Below the pieces are notes generated by a model that searched no databases, was not told the origin of the DNA, and saw only the letters and a list, made by a program, of their open reading frames with translations. From Amoebophrya sp. A120 (taxonomy: Eukaryota > Protista > Dinoflagellata), in contig CAJINV010000005.1 of assembly GCA_905178155.1 (NCBI GenBank), positions 2,110,054 to 2,174,053 of the forward strand: a stretch of 64,000 nucleotides of DNA, given 5' to 3'. This document shows positions 1 through 12,600 of this stretch, one piece after another (positions within the stretch are counted from its first letter, which is position 1; each line of letters starts with the position of its first letter). The translations under genes were made by a program, and so were the position numbers.

Positions 1-652
1 CACTGGATATAGCTCTAAAATCAAGTTCGTCAACTAGGTGCCGAGACCTAATCCAAAACACAGCACCAGTTCGAATTTCAGCATCTACTTCTGGAGCAGG
101 CGGAGTAGTCAGTACTACAAAAAAGACAAACTCGGAACAAACACCAGCGTGCTGCGAGGACAAAAGTTGTGCTTAATTATAATATAAAAAAAAGCAGCAC
201 GTTGCTGCTGAACGACAAATAATTCCAAAGGTGTGCAAAACGCTTCGCCACGGCAAGCGTAGCGAGAGGGACAGAAATTGCGATCAAAATTCTAGACCAT
301 GTTCTTCACGAAGAGTAGAACAATTTATGATCGTACCTACTTATGTCGAAGAATCTTCTTGAACTCTTGCTTTTGCCTCCAAGACAAGGACACTATCCTA
401 GCACTGACACAGGACTCGCCTGCTTTTTCATTCATCTTGCCAAGATGTTGCAGGTCAAAATGTTGAGAACGGGGCGTGTGTACGCATTCGTGTCTTATTC
501 ATCATGACAAGCATGTTATAACTTTCCCAGTCTGATGAACAAATCCGCCTGTTCGTACATCTTCTTGCAGATCTTGTTTCAACCTTCTTTTATTCACATC
601 CAGACACGATAAGTATCTGTCGCAGGGGAAAGCACCACTGCTGCAAAAATGC

Positions 653-3600
653 TTACGCCCTCACCTGCAGCTCGTGCTGGTACTTACGTCGGTACGGATG
701 CTTCTCGTCGTAGCAGACGGCGAAACAGTGGCGGACTTTTCCCAGCGCATATTCCCGCTCCGCTTCCAAATCATTCCTTGTTGAGGGGCATCCAGTGCAA
801 AAATCGGTCCAGGTCGGGAAGGAAGAAGAAGCTTTATTTGTCATGCATACCCATAGCCGTCCGAATAAAATTTGTCATGCTTGGCTGCGTAAGAAATATG
901 TTTCAAGTGTCTGAACTCCCATAATTCACGAACCCTTATTGCAACTTTCCTCCAGAGTAGACCCAGACACGATATCTGCAACTGTCGGATAAAGTATCCA
1001 ACTTCGGATGCGTATAATTATCTTCCAACAGCGCTGCAATATGGAACTGTCAGGATCGAAATCAAGAAAATCGAAATAATTTGTGATGCATAAAATCTAT
1101 ACCAGTTGGCGCCTCAGTTTCTAAGTGGCGCATGACAAATTTTGGGAGCAACAAAATTCAGTCTGTCATGCTGCTTGAGCAAAAAGACTGCTCCTGCCAT
1201 GCTACTCTAGCAGCATATCGTCTTCCCCTAAACAGGCTTTCACTCGGTCTTATTTGCCTGATCCCCAACACAGGTCATGCGTGCCCTACATTTTATGCAT
1301 TACAAATTTTTAGATTTTGTCGATTTCAAACCTGACACATCCATATGCAACTTCGTCGGCGTACTCCTCCCAACTCAACCCGGTGGCGGGCGAATTCGCT
1401 ATGGCCTGCTCAAATCGGTTACCATCTCAAACGTTACAATAGAGTCTGGAGCTTTTTGTGTTGCATGATGAGCATGACAGACTCGCACAACGTTCCACCT
1501 TTTGCAATACAAATTTCGCCAGATTGTCGTGGGGTTTGGGGCTCCGGAACTTGTGGTCATGCGCAATTCTATGAGAGTTGCCTAGATCATGCAGTCTTGC
1601 ATCACAGATTTCCAGACTCTATTGTAACCGATTTGAGTATTGTAACACCTGAGCAGGTCATATTCGCGGTCAGGATTTTTTCCTGGTTTTCGCAGTACTG
1701 TCGCAGCCTCTCCACGGCTTCCACCCGCTTTCCCAGGGCAAAGTTGCACTGGATCTCAAAAGACGTCAGCTTGTGCATCAAGTAATGGTGCTCCGGCGGC
1801 AGGAGAAGTCGAATTCGCTGGCTTGCCCCGCTCGGACTTGTTGCAACAGTTTCCTCGGCAGTGAGTTCGCCTCGCAGCGACAACAGCCAGTGGAACGCCT
1901 GCGCGGTATCAAAAAGAAAAATACCCCCCCCATATCAAAACGAAATTTCTGATGCTGGATGTGGATACACAAATCGCGTCTGTCTTGCAGCAGAGGACTG
2001 CAGACATATGCCAAGCCTGCGGCGAAAGGTTTGGACGTAGGTGCCTAGCATGGCAAACGTCTATGCTGTAGGCCCAACAGCATCACAAACCAACTACATC
2101 GCGCGGCGGACTCTCTCGATTTGCCTTCTTGCAAGACAAACAGGATTTGTGGTCACAAATCTGCATCACAAATTTTCAGGCGCATGCGTGTTCAATGTGG
2201 GGAGGGGGGATTTTTCCTGACGATACGCGGGTAAGCCGCCCCGCTGGTCGCCCAGCTGCGTCAAAATGTCCTCGAACCTTTGTGTGTTGATCGCCAGCGC
2301 GTTCTCCACCAAAGTCAGGGTCGGCACGCTGGCCGGGCAGCTTTCTTTACTCTCTTCGTCGTTCGGCTTATCAAATGGACAAATATCATCGGTCTGGGCC
2401 TGGAATAAACAGTATACAACACTCACTGGTCGACGCAGATCCAGAACCGAACCTAGTAAAGCATGACATCGGAAATCTACTGGCCGGACGTCCCCGAGAA
2501 GTAACCGGAAAAGCATGATACATTTTTTGAAGTATAGAGAGTGCGCAACTAGCATGAGAGGACGTCGCGCTTCTCATACATTATCATCATCATCATCATC
2601 ATACATAAGGTAAGCGATCGCACTGCTTGCGTGACACACTCTGTCGCGCCGATCCGCTTCATGCATCACAGATTCCACCGGCTTCTTGATTCGTTTCTTT
2701 GCACTGCCATGAATACAGAGTTGCACCCTTTTCCCAGACCCAGACGCGGCATTTCTTGCGATGCGTACGACCTCTGGCCCTTGTTCCCAAGCATGTCTAC
2801 CTCGACTTGGAGATTTTCCTCAAAAACGCCCGGGCGCGTGTCGTCGAACAGGTTGACATTTTGCGCCAGCAGTTCCGCTTCTTCCCTTTCACGAAGGTCG
2901 CCTGCGCTGCAGCCCGTCTCTTCCAGAGCGGCCCCGCCTTGCTTTGTTCCCTCTTCGACGTCGCAACTATTGACATGATGTTCCTCACCAATATTCCGCT
3001 GTACCTCGTACAGCACGGGAGAGCCGCTATCTTTGTCCAGCGAAGTAGTGCTGGCTGTGGTGGTGGTCGTGATGCTGCTGCTTTTCTCGGAGCTGTTGGG
3101 CGGAGAGGACGTGGTCGTGGGCCTGTTTCTCCGCGGTTTCTCCGAGGTCTCATCACTGCAAAGTATCCTCTTCGTTTTATTGTTCGCCGGCGTTTGGTGT
3201 TCTTGTTGAGACCTTCCCGATGCGTTCGCGCCTCCTGCAACCTCTCTTGGTGCTTCTTCGTGCAGCTCTGCTGCACTGCTTTCTTTTTGTGGAAGAGTCC
3301 TCGTGCCTCGATGTCCATGTGGAATATCAATAGCGGAGCCAGTGCCTGTTCCATGCGACGTTGTTGTATCTAGCACGGGCGGTCGCTCCGCGACCGCCGG
3401 AGAGGTATGGAGTAGACAAGAAAACGATGGGTCCGATTTCCGACTAGGAAGGTTGCAGTCCTCGCGGGGAAGGGGAGGGGATTCTCCTGGGGGCGAAAAC
3501 CCTACAGGCGCGCAGCTTTTCCGTGCGCCTGAGCCCCCCGGAGAAAGACAGTAGGCGTGACAGCGGCCCGTTCCAGCCCCCAGGAGCAGGAGAAGCTCCG

Positions 3601-5994
3601 GGAAACCGAAAGAACACCCGGGGCGAGCCCACCCTGGGAGGGGACGAGCCTTCCGGGATGTCTCCAATTTGCGAGCATCCCCCCAAGTTGCGAGCCTTAT
3701 GGGCGGCTGCTCGTCATTCTAGAGCTACGCCCGATTGTATTTCTAGATAGTTACGCCTCCAAGGCGGTGGGGCTGCTTTCGACGGAGCCCACAGGGCCGC
3801 AGCTGCGGAAGCTGCGCGACAAAAAACCTGGCCAGCCAGGCAGGTGCAACCAGGACAGGGGGACTGAGCGCGCTGTGTGTGGTAACCATTTAGGGCAACG
3901 AGAAAAGGCGCCTTTTTCTCTGTGCAGGGTGGCGGGGGCATCGATGCACACGAAGAGGGGCCTCCCCCGCGAGGCAAAACTGGGGAGCCCAAACAAAGCG
4001 CAAAGCCATCCGCGGCACCGTGGCAAGGCCGAAGCCAATTCGCCTGCACCTGCGGGCGCGGCAGCACGCGCCACGCCACCCGTGTTCAGTATTAATTCGC
4101 CCTCCTACGGCTGCGCCCCCTTTTCCCGGGAACGAGTGCCACGTCCCGCGCTACCACATCACAGGTACTAGTTGCTCGGCGCTAGTTTCTCCACAGGGGG
4201 CAAAGGAAGCAAGCAGCGCGGGCGAGCTCTTTGGCGGAAGCTCGGGGCGAACCGGCCCACGGGGCAATGGGGGCAATTTTTTACTAGTAAGGTTTCTCCT
4301 AGTAAGCTCTCTACTAGTACGCTTACTAGTAGTTTTTTTGCTTGCTAGTCACGATAAGATTACTAGTAACGCAGCTTGCTAGTAAAATTTCCGGATTTTC
4401 CTTACTAGTAAGATTCTACTAGTAGAAATCGGGCCATACGCCAATCGATTTTCTTGCCGTATAGTATATAGGGTGTCCTCGTGCCTCGATGTCCATGTGG
4501 AATATCAATAACGGAGCCAGTGCCTGTTCCATGCGACGTCTTTGTAGTACTTCTAACTCCCCGGCATGGGCTCGTCTTCTGCGTGTCCCCAAAACTACTG
4601 CACCGCACGCAGCCGCACAGAAAGCCCTTCTGGCTGCGGAGAAGCTCGCGGCGCACGAATTTCGGCGCGTACAGCTGTTCGGGATCCAGGTACGACACCA
4701 GAATCTCCGCTCCAGCCGGAATCTCCTGAATCGCGCGCATCACCTTCACCCGGCGTTTACCTTCGTGCAGCATGCATCGCAGGGGAAAGGCGATCGAACA
4801 CTACCAAGGAACACGGGGCCCCAGGATCTGTTGATGAAATGAACCAAACAGAAATCGCCTGCTCTGGTTCTGCTGTCCTGATGAAGAAATAAAAATCAAA
4901 TGACGACGAGCCTCATTCAGTTTTCTTCTCTCGTTTGCAAGACCTCTACTCCACCAAAAGCGGTGTTGGTTCTGGAAAAAGATGACGCCTGAGACTTCAT
5001 CCGAGCAAATGCATTTGTGAAATGATCCTGTGCTGTGCCGTGCGCCTCCGGTAGGCCTCTACGTCCTCTGCTGTTTGTTCATACTCCGTGCTCTGTCCCC
5101 CTCGACGTCTCGTTGTGCAAGGTGGTATACCAGTGGCAGTTCGGTGCGCAGGAATGGTTGGCCTTCGTCGCTAGCGGGTAGAGCGCCGACACAATTCTCA
5201 TCTTCGAGTGGGGCTTTTCATCGCACCCCAAAGAGCCTTCTAGGCCCTCCGTTCCTTGCTCCGCCGTGGATTTGTTGTCGCCGGCTTTATTTTCATTCGC
5301 CCCAAGCACCGCCTCTTCCGGCAAGAGAGAGTTATCGTAGGAAAAAACTGCCTCCCATCAACTGTGATGATTCTGTCGCAGGACAAGTTTTTTTTCGCAT
5401 GTGGCGGAGAAATTCTGCCGTGCGTCCTTGCTACGGGAAGATGAAAACACGGCCGAGAGTCGTGATCTCTTCACTCTTGCATTTCTAGCAAGACGACAAA
5501 CGCTTCGGAACTGCTGGTGCTGCACAGATATAGATACTTATTCCGCATCACAAGTCCACTGCGAAACAGTTTTCCCCCCGATAGCACTGTGCGGCGTTGT
5601 ATTTCACGATGCGCGCAAACTGCACATACCTCTCCGAGTCCACTCCTTTCGTCCCGAGAGATGACCGTGTTGTCCTCGTTGAAGCTGCTACAACACCTGC
5701 GACGCCGCAACCAGCCGGCCCCGCGCTCTCCATTTCGAGTGGCGGCGGCTGGAAGTCGCCAGCGCTGTGGAATTCGTGGAGAATTTCCTCCTGCGCCTCA
5801 GCACCGAGCCGGCAAAACACCGCCCACGCGTTCCGGAAAATCTCCGTCGCATCCCTGTAGCAGTAGGTCAACAGGGGCCAATCCCTGAGAATTTCTTCGC
5901 CCGCGGAAATGTGTCGTGTCGCGCGCATGATCCGCCCCAGCCGCGGGTTGCCGGAGGGCACTACTTCGTAGCAGGGAGGCGGACCGGAGGTCAT
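653..5994 (-). CDS. SMYD-like SET-domain lysine methyltransferase, multi-exon
   Basis: GRIMRATRHISAGEEIL (SET-N), LYPLATKANHSCAPNC (NHSC motif), MRAIQEIPAGAEILVSY and GFLCGCVRC (post-SET). Frame continues across inserts at 5333, 3367, 2369, 1907, 1400, 1040 and 789 when each is removed with 5 nt. 3' end uncertain. Confidence 0.85.
789..991. mobile_element. Diverged B-like introner
   Basis: CATC...GATA; TSD decayed; frame restored DT|STRND. Confidence 0.6.
1040..1345. mobile_element. Introner family F
   Basis: TIR TATGGA..TGTCAGG..GAAATC; TSD TGCAA. Confidence 0.92.
1400..1662. mobile_element. Introner family E
   Basis: TIR TATGRCCTGCTCA...GTTACAATAGA; TSD TTCGC. Confidence 0.92.
1907..2225. 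mobile_element. Introner family A
   Basis: TIR TATC..GAAAAATCCCCCCTCCCCATAT type; TSD CGCGG. Confidence 0.95.
2369..2767. mobile_element. Diverged B-like introner containing a (CAT)n tract
   Basis: GTCTGGG.CTGG TIR core; TSD CGGCT/CGACC; frame restored. Confidence 0.7.
3297..4539. repeat. 65-bp direct repeat (3297-3361 and 4475-4539)
   Basis: 64/65 identical, both in the SET gene coding frame. Confidence 0.95.
3367..4470 (-). mobile_element. 1.1-kb non-autonomous Helitron-like insert inside the SET gene
   Basis: Minus strand begins (CCC)TATATACTATAC and ends in a perfect 9-bp hairpin GGCGGTCGC-GGA-GCGACCGCC followed 4 nt later by CTAG. Flanked by a 65-bp exon duplication. Confidence 0.6.
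5333..5583. mobile_element. Diverged introner
   Basis: TIR TATCG..GG.AAAACTG; frame restored QC|LLPEE. Confidence 0.7.
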
Positions 5995-6480
5995 GGTTTT
6001 GTCGAACGAGAAAATTCTTTTTGTTATGTATTTACTTGTTTGCCGCTCCTGCCCGCTCGGGGATGGCAGCGTGTGGGTTCTTTCGAGAATTTCTCTTGTC
6101 CTGAGTACTTCCAACTTCTACCGCGGATCACGTGTATTATCGATTGATAAATAGCTAGAACGGTGAGAAGTCTCTTGTAGCCGAAAAAGAAGAAACTAGA
6201 CTGACCGCTACTGCTGTGTCATTTACAACATTTCGCGATACCTCCAGCTGACATACGTATACGACTATACCCGTGGTGGGGTCTGGAGGACCACGGCGCG
6301 CATACAACTAGTATTTCATACTTTGCACTTATCTAGATTTCAGTACTGTCAGTGACGCTTACCCGAAAAAAGTTCGCCTGCAGGGGTGGAAAGGAAAGAG
6401 AAGTAGCCTCCGAAGATGTTAGGCACCAGTTCATCGCTACCACAAGTGTGATGTTGCTAAGGTGAATTTCATTAAAAGTT

Positions 6481-8936
6481 GCAGCTGTGTTGATCTACTT
6501 CGTTGCCGTGCAAGATCTTGGGGTTTGGCGTGTCGGAACTTTAAGAGTGCAGCCGACTTTTTCATGAACTATAGCTCGACCACGCATACTATTCTAGTAG
6601 AGGCGGCTAACAGTGATGCTTGTACCCCGCCCGCACTACAAATTCCCCGGGCCGTATAGCATGCTTATTGGGTGGGACTGGGAAATTTGGCCGCTGAACA
6701 AAACCCGACAAGCACACCGAGAGTCTTATACCGGTCGATGCTAAAGCTTCACGCGCCGCAACCAGAGCACCGGCTGATTACCCTAAACCCTGTTTAAGTT
6801 ATCAAGCACTTACGTTTTACTATTCGTCTAATACAAGTTCCCACTTGCATGCAACATCACCTCGGCCTGGATCATTTTGATCTTTTCCGTTTCGTCTTTT
6901 GTCTACCCTGAACCCCTCCATCAAACTTCCCATGTACGTGCAAATTGCCCGGCCCACACGGACGCTTCTTTTCCCTAGTGGGAATATACTCGCGTACTGG
7001 TGGGGACAGCCCGCTGCGCACTGGACTCGCCGATGGGAATTTATGATCTAGTTGCTTTTTTTTTTTCGTACGAAAACTTTTTGATCTACTTGAACTGCAG
7101 TACTGTAACGCTATGTAGAAAAAAATTTTGCCTCCTTCTTGTTTTTTTTGGCCGAGGTGTCTAAGGCGCTACTAGTGCCACTGATCCGCACAGTGGGCTT
7201 CCGCGCTACGAATATTTGTAGGTCGTCGAAGGTGGGCGCTACGCGGAATGTACTACACGAACAGGCCTATGGTGGCGGCCACGGCGATGCAGTCACGCAG
7301 ACCGCCATGCAAAACTAACTAGCCTCGCCATGAGGTCCCCGCGAACGCCACGCCTGTCGCCGCATCTGCTGACGCAACAGCAGTGCGAGGGATGGACTAT
7401 GCTAAGCCTCTTCGGGCATAAGTTACGCATCCCTTTTTGTAGTAGTACTACCGGTCGGTGTGCTATGTAAGGTTAAGTCCCGAGAGCACCGAGGAAGCTA
7501 AAAAAGCAACTTCTTCACCGCCGGGCGCTATACTAAAGCTACTCTTTCTTCTTTTTAACTTTCACTAGAGCTATCGCCAAACCCCCTTTTGTTTCGCGCA
7601 CTTCCTGTCTCAAGTTCTTTTACGTGCTGTTTTCTCTTCATTTCCAGAGGAAGTTCTTTCTTTTCCGCCAACATACAAACCCTGCTGCCCACGTGACGCC
7701 GTAAGGAGCTGTAAGGAGTGGGGCGAACTCGGGGCTGTAAGAGCTCCGGCGAGTGCTTTCATGAGCTAGACTTGACCACGCGTACTGCTACAGTAGAGGC
7801 GGCTAACGATGAACCTGCACCCCAAGCTGGGCTCAACGCAGCAGTCAGGCAATCCTAACCACCACGTCGGCCGTAAAACAGGTTTGCGTTTGTCAGAAGT
7901 TTGGAGCTGAAACAGAGTTGCAGCTGTGATCTACTTCGTTGCCGTGCAAGATCTTGCTTTAAAGGTGTAAAATTTCCATCCGCGCCAGCATCTGTGCAAA
8001 ATGTAGGAGCTCGAAGACAATTTGACCTGCTTGGCCTGATAAGCACAAAAAAGGCCTCGGAAGGGGTTGTTGTAGCAGGTTTTTGGAAGTTTGCTCGGAT
8101 GCGTTTCGCCGCCTCTCCGCATCAGGGCCACACAGAGCGAAAAACCTGCCCGCCCTGAAGACATTGGCGCGCGCACTGTAATCAGACACGAGGTTGCTCT
8201 GATGCATTTGGAGAGAGACCAAGACGTCTTACAAAGAGCGAAACAGTAAAGAAGGCACTAGAGCAAGTTCGCGACTTTGCTTGCTCGAATCTCTGATCCG
8301 AAAAACGCGCCCGTGTCTCCGTAAAAGAAAACCGTATCGGAGCAAGTTTGTTGGTGATGCATTTTGCTCGGATGGAGACACGGATGCGTTTTTCGGATCA
8401 GGGATCTGGGTGATGTTTTCCTGGATTTCGTCACCAAAGGGGAGAGCAATGCCCTCGGGCTCGCGTGAGTTGCCCCGAGGGACATCTTCAGGTTGTTAGC
8501 GGCCCCAAGGCTCTCAAGGCCCAGGGCTTCGATCCGAAAAACGCATCCCTGTCTCCATCGGAGCAGATTGGACGAGATCCAATGTGGTCCGTCACCTCTA
8601 ACAAGAACCTCGAAAAAAACTGCTCTGATGCGTTTTTTTCTGAAGCGAATCACGATGGAGAAAAATGCATCCGAGCAAAATGTCGGATACCCCATTCTTG
8701 AACCCCCAAGGACGACTTCCAGAGGCTACTTCCCGAGAAGCCGGCACTTGCCCTCATGGTTGCTCGGATGCAAATCCAAGACCTTTGGCTGGCCGTCAAT
8801 GCATCGGGGCTCGCCGCACTCGAACGATGCGTGAGGCTCCAAGCAGAACGAAAGCGCCGCCGATCCAAAGAGAGCCGGACGGCTGTGATCTACTACGTTG
8901 CAGCTGTGATCTACTTCGTTGCCGCGCAAGATCTTG
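6481..8936. repeat. Dispersed intergenic repeats: three copies of GCAGCTGTGATCTACTTCGTTGCCGYGCAAGATCTTG and a second diverged pair
   Basis: Copies at 6481-6520, 7920-7956 and 8900-8936; second pair ~6559-6628 and ~7757-7823. Confidence 0.85.
8090..8780. repeat. Foldback-like cluster of inverted TTGCTCGGATGC / GATCCGAAAAACGC repeats
   Basis: 8294-8322 inverted to 8372-8400; third copy 8531-8558; shorter cores near 8091, 8193, 8621, 8666 and 8760. Confidence 0.8.
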
Positions 8937-9650
8937 CTTCCGAAGCGGGGAACCTCCTGCATGACCTCTGATCGCCTCGTCTGCACGGTCTTCGCCTCGT
9001 GTTCTTTGTACTTCCGATCCTTTCACGGGTGGATCGATTCGATATATGAAGTGTTGTTTCCTTCAGGCGGAGCCAAGCAGCTCTTTGTGGCTCACAATTC
9101 TTCCAAGAGATACAGGCTTTGATTTCTGGTTCAAATAAGACCGACTCTGCAACACAAAAGCTGTCGGAATCGGCGCAAGGAACAAAAGACGCGGCAAATC
9201 AATAGATCACTCGGCGCCATTCAACCCGGCGCCGCGACTACTGTGGATTAATGTTCCACAGTTTTTCCACAAATCCCGATGCTGTTCTTCTTGTAGATAC
9301 AAAAATTAAGAAAAAAAATTAAGAAATAATTTGAGTACTACAGCTCTGCTCTGCATAGGTGAGCTTCTCTTCGAGCAAAGAAGCAGCTGTAGCAAGCTAT
9401 GGACTTGATGTTCCGTAGGCCGAACTTTCTCGAAGTCCCGGGCCCACGATCCTTTGAGAGACCAAGTCTAGGACAGAATTGCCTTGTGTCCGATAAATAA
9501 AACTTCTTCCTCCAAAATTATAAAAGTGTCTCTTTCTTCTTCTTTTCACAATTTGAATTTTGATGATATTCTGTAAGTGATCATCTAATTATGCTGTTTT
9601 ATTCCCGCTAAAAAATCCTTTTCCTCTGCTCGAAAAAGAAAAAAACCTCT

Positions 9651-12600
9651 TCACTCCTCCTCCAAAATCGGCCTCCCGACGGGCTCCGTGGGACTAGCCA
9701 TTTTCGTCAAGTAAGCCATTTTTTTCTTCATCAACAGTGGCGTGTCGACCTTGTCCTCGTCCCCGTCCTCGTCGTCTTCATTATGGATGTGTCAGGTTTG
9801 AAATCGACAAAGTTGAAGCAGAAAATGGATGCCAGTTAGACCTGAAGTTTGTAGTCGGTGCATGACAAATCTTCCCGGTCCTGGAAGCGAGTCTGTCATG
9901 CGGTTTAGGGCAAAAGGGCTGCCTTCTGTCATGCTAGTCAGCAGTCCAACTTTTGACCCTTACCGGGACTATGATCTGCCTCCCTTGCGTCCTCTGCAAT
10001 AGAGTCAGTTTTTGTATCGCATTTTATGCATTACAAGTTATAATTTCAACTTTGTCGATTTCAACTCTGACACATCCATACTCATCTTCCATGCTGTACA
10101 AACCCTGTTTGAGCGACATTTCCCCCGGTTGGTCTTCATCGTCGTCGGCACCGGCTGCCAGGTCCTCATCCTCGTCCTCTTCTCCTGCCAGCTGCTCCTT
10201 CCCCGCTAGCGCGAGTTGCGTCAACAGCTTCCCCATATTCGGGTCGATGTCGAGCTGTTCGTCCTCGATTTTCTCCAACAAAAGGATTGCGTGCAACGGC
10301 GACGCCTCCGCAAGGATCAGAAAGTGCTCTTCTCCCCACTTTTCCGTTTCCAGAATCGGGATCAATTCCGGGCGACGAATGCCAGCAAGCTATCACACCG
10401 AAAAGTGTTAACGTTAACGGAATTTGGCATGCAGAAATGCACGAGAAATGATGCCCAAATTTGTATTGCATAGCATGCATGATAGCGGCAATTTCTCACG
10501 CATGACAGCAATGCCTCAAAACCGTTAACGTTAACACTTTTTTGCTTGATACAAGCAGAGCGTCTTCCATCTCCAGTTTCTGGGCTAACCGCAGCGCCAC
10601 CTCGATCGGTGTCTCCGGGTGGACCGCGATTTGCAGTAGGTATTCGCACGACAATATCCTGCCTCAAAACTACGTCCCCACACGCCATGGTTTTAAGGTG
10701 AGAAATCTGCTAGACAAATCAACACGCTTTGGTTGTTGCGCATGACAAGTTCTTCTTTGGCGTCGTAGTGTAAAAATCCTGTTTAGCTAGTTCACCAGCA
10801 TCACAGATCTGACATATCATGCTGATTGGAGCTTGACAAATTCCGAAATACGAGTAGAAAACTCTTGTCATGGGGCTCCGCATGAAAAACATTTTCAGGC
10901 TCAGCATACAGATCTGCATGACAACTCTGGGGTGGGGACGTTTTTACAAATGATAGACAAATCGCTGGTTGGGATGGAGTACTTTGCCATTTCCGGAAAG
11001 AGACGAAAAATCAGAGGCAGGTAGGGGGCGAGAACCTGGTAGGATGAAAATCATGTTGAACTACCGATTCTATATACGATTTATTGTTGCGTACTGCAAA
11101 GTGGTAGAACTGCTCCTGTCAATTAGGTCGTGCATGAAGTGAAATAACAATAAGTGCTGAAACCACAACGAAATTCAACTCATAAGCGGAACAACTGTCG
11201 TCACTGATTCCGCGTAAAAAAGAAGCAGGACTGTCCTTACTGGCGACGTATTGTGAAAGAAAAATCCGGCGTAGAAGTACCTCATCCCGGATGAAAGGCA
11301 CCTTGAACAAGTGCAGCGCGATGCTGGTCAACGTTATGCCGAGTAAAAACCACGCACCCACGCCGGCACTGTCATGCCAAAGGAATTTTAGCACGCTGTA
11401 CTGCCTAGCCCTGATTTATTGTCATTTACAAATCTGCATGCTCATGATGTCTGTGTGTTTCATCATGCACAGCCGCATCAGAGTGTTTGGAAATTTCTCA
11501 TGCGCGACTCAGGATATAGAAAGTGGATCGATCAGTATTGTGGCTACGCAAGCTAAACACGCCTACGCTGTCATGCGCGTTTTCCAAAGCTTCTGGATTT
11601 GTCTTGCACCTTCACCATATCTTGACTACGCTGGCGTAGTACGCTTTTACACTGCACAAACGTGTCCCGCTCCTCATCCGGAATGATGCTCTGTTCTATG
11701 AAAAGGAAAAATCCTCCCCATATCGACAAGGCACGTCTTCGAAAATTTGCGTTGCTGATTTGTGACCACAAATCATCTCTGTGTTGCATGAAAGCAACTC
11801 CACAAGCTCCGCCGCACTCTACAGGCAGTTTGTCATGCTGTTGTACCTACAGCGTAGACGTCTGTCATGCAAAGCGCCCTGGCCAAAATCTGTCTGCTCA
11901 GGCTTAGTATGGGCCTGCGGCCGGTCCTCGCCAGCAAGACGAATCTGATTTGTGTACGAAAATCCAGCATCAGAAACTTCGTTTTGATATGGGGAGGGGG
12001 GATTTTTCATTCTGATATGTTCCTCCGCCGCTTTATTTGACGAAGCCCCGCCCGCTTCTTTGGACTTCTCTAGACTTCGGGAGACCGGTATCGAAAATGA
12101 AAGGTCGTGCATATTCACCCTGCTGAAACACGGTCATTTTTGCCAGGCAACTTCGAGGGCAACGAACATGAACATGAAGACTCACCCTATTGCTACTGCA
12201 AATGCCCCCGGCGACACGCAACTAATAAGTATTCCAACGCATAAGATTCGCGGAAACTTGGGCACTAGTTCTTGCAGCAGTAAAAAGCAAGCATGCCCAG
12301 AATTCATTCTACGTGGCCGCGGTCTCTGGAAGTAGGGCGCATTATGTACAGGCCCCACTCGTGTTCGTCCGCTCCTAGACTCTATCTAGAGCAAAGCAGG
12401 CGTGATCATTCTGGTTCTCTGCAAGACACCGTTTTGTCCTTCTTCGAACTGCAACTAGTACGGGAACTTCGCAATACAAATTTGCAGAGGGGGAAATGTT
12501 GAACTTTTCTCATCGATACCCGCGGCCGCAGACTGCACGCACTCGATCAGGTTCAGTGCCAAATCCAGCTCCTCCGCGCAGCCCTTGTCTGTGGCCGTCT

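Noticed and set aside
6781-6791. CCCTAAACCCT telomere-like motif
   Set aside because: Only about 1.5 units; expected by chance.
6481-8936. Possible CRISPR-like repeats
   Set aside because: Spacing is about 1 kb, there are no cas genes, and the context is eukaryotic.
9695-9711. TAGCCATTTTCGTCAAG resembles the dinoflagellate spliced leader (CCGTAGCCATTTTGGCTCAAG)
   Set aside because: Imperfect match that is the antisense of coding sequence (LTKMAS) in the last exon of the 9651-14561 gene.
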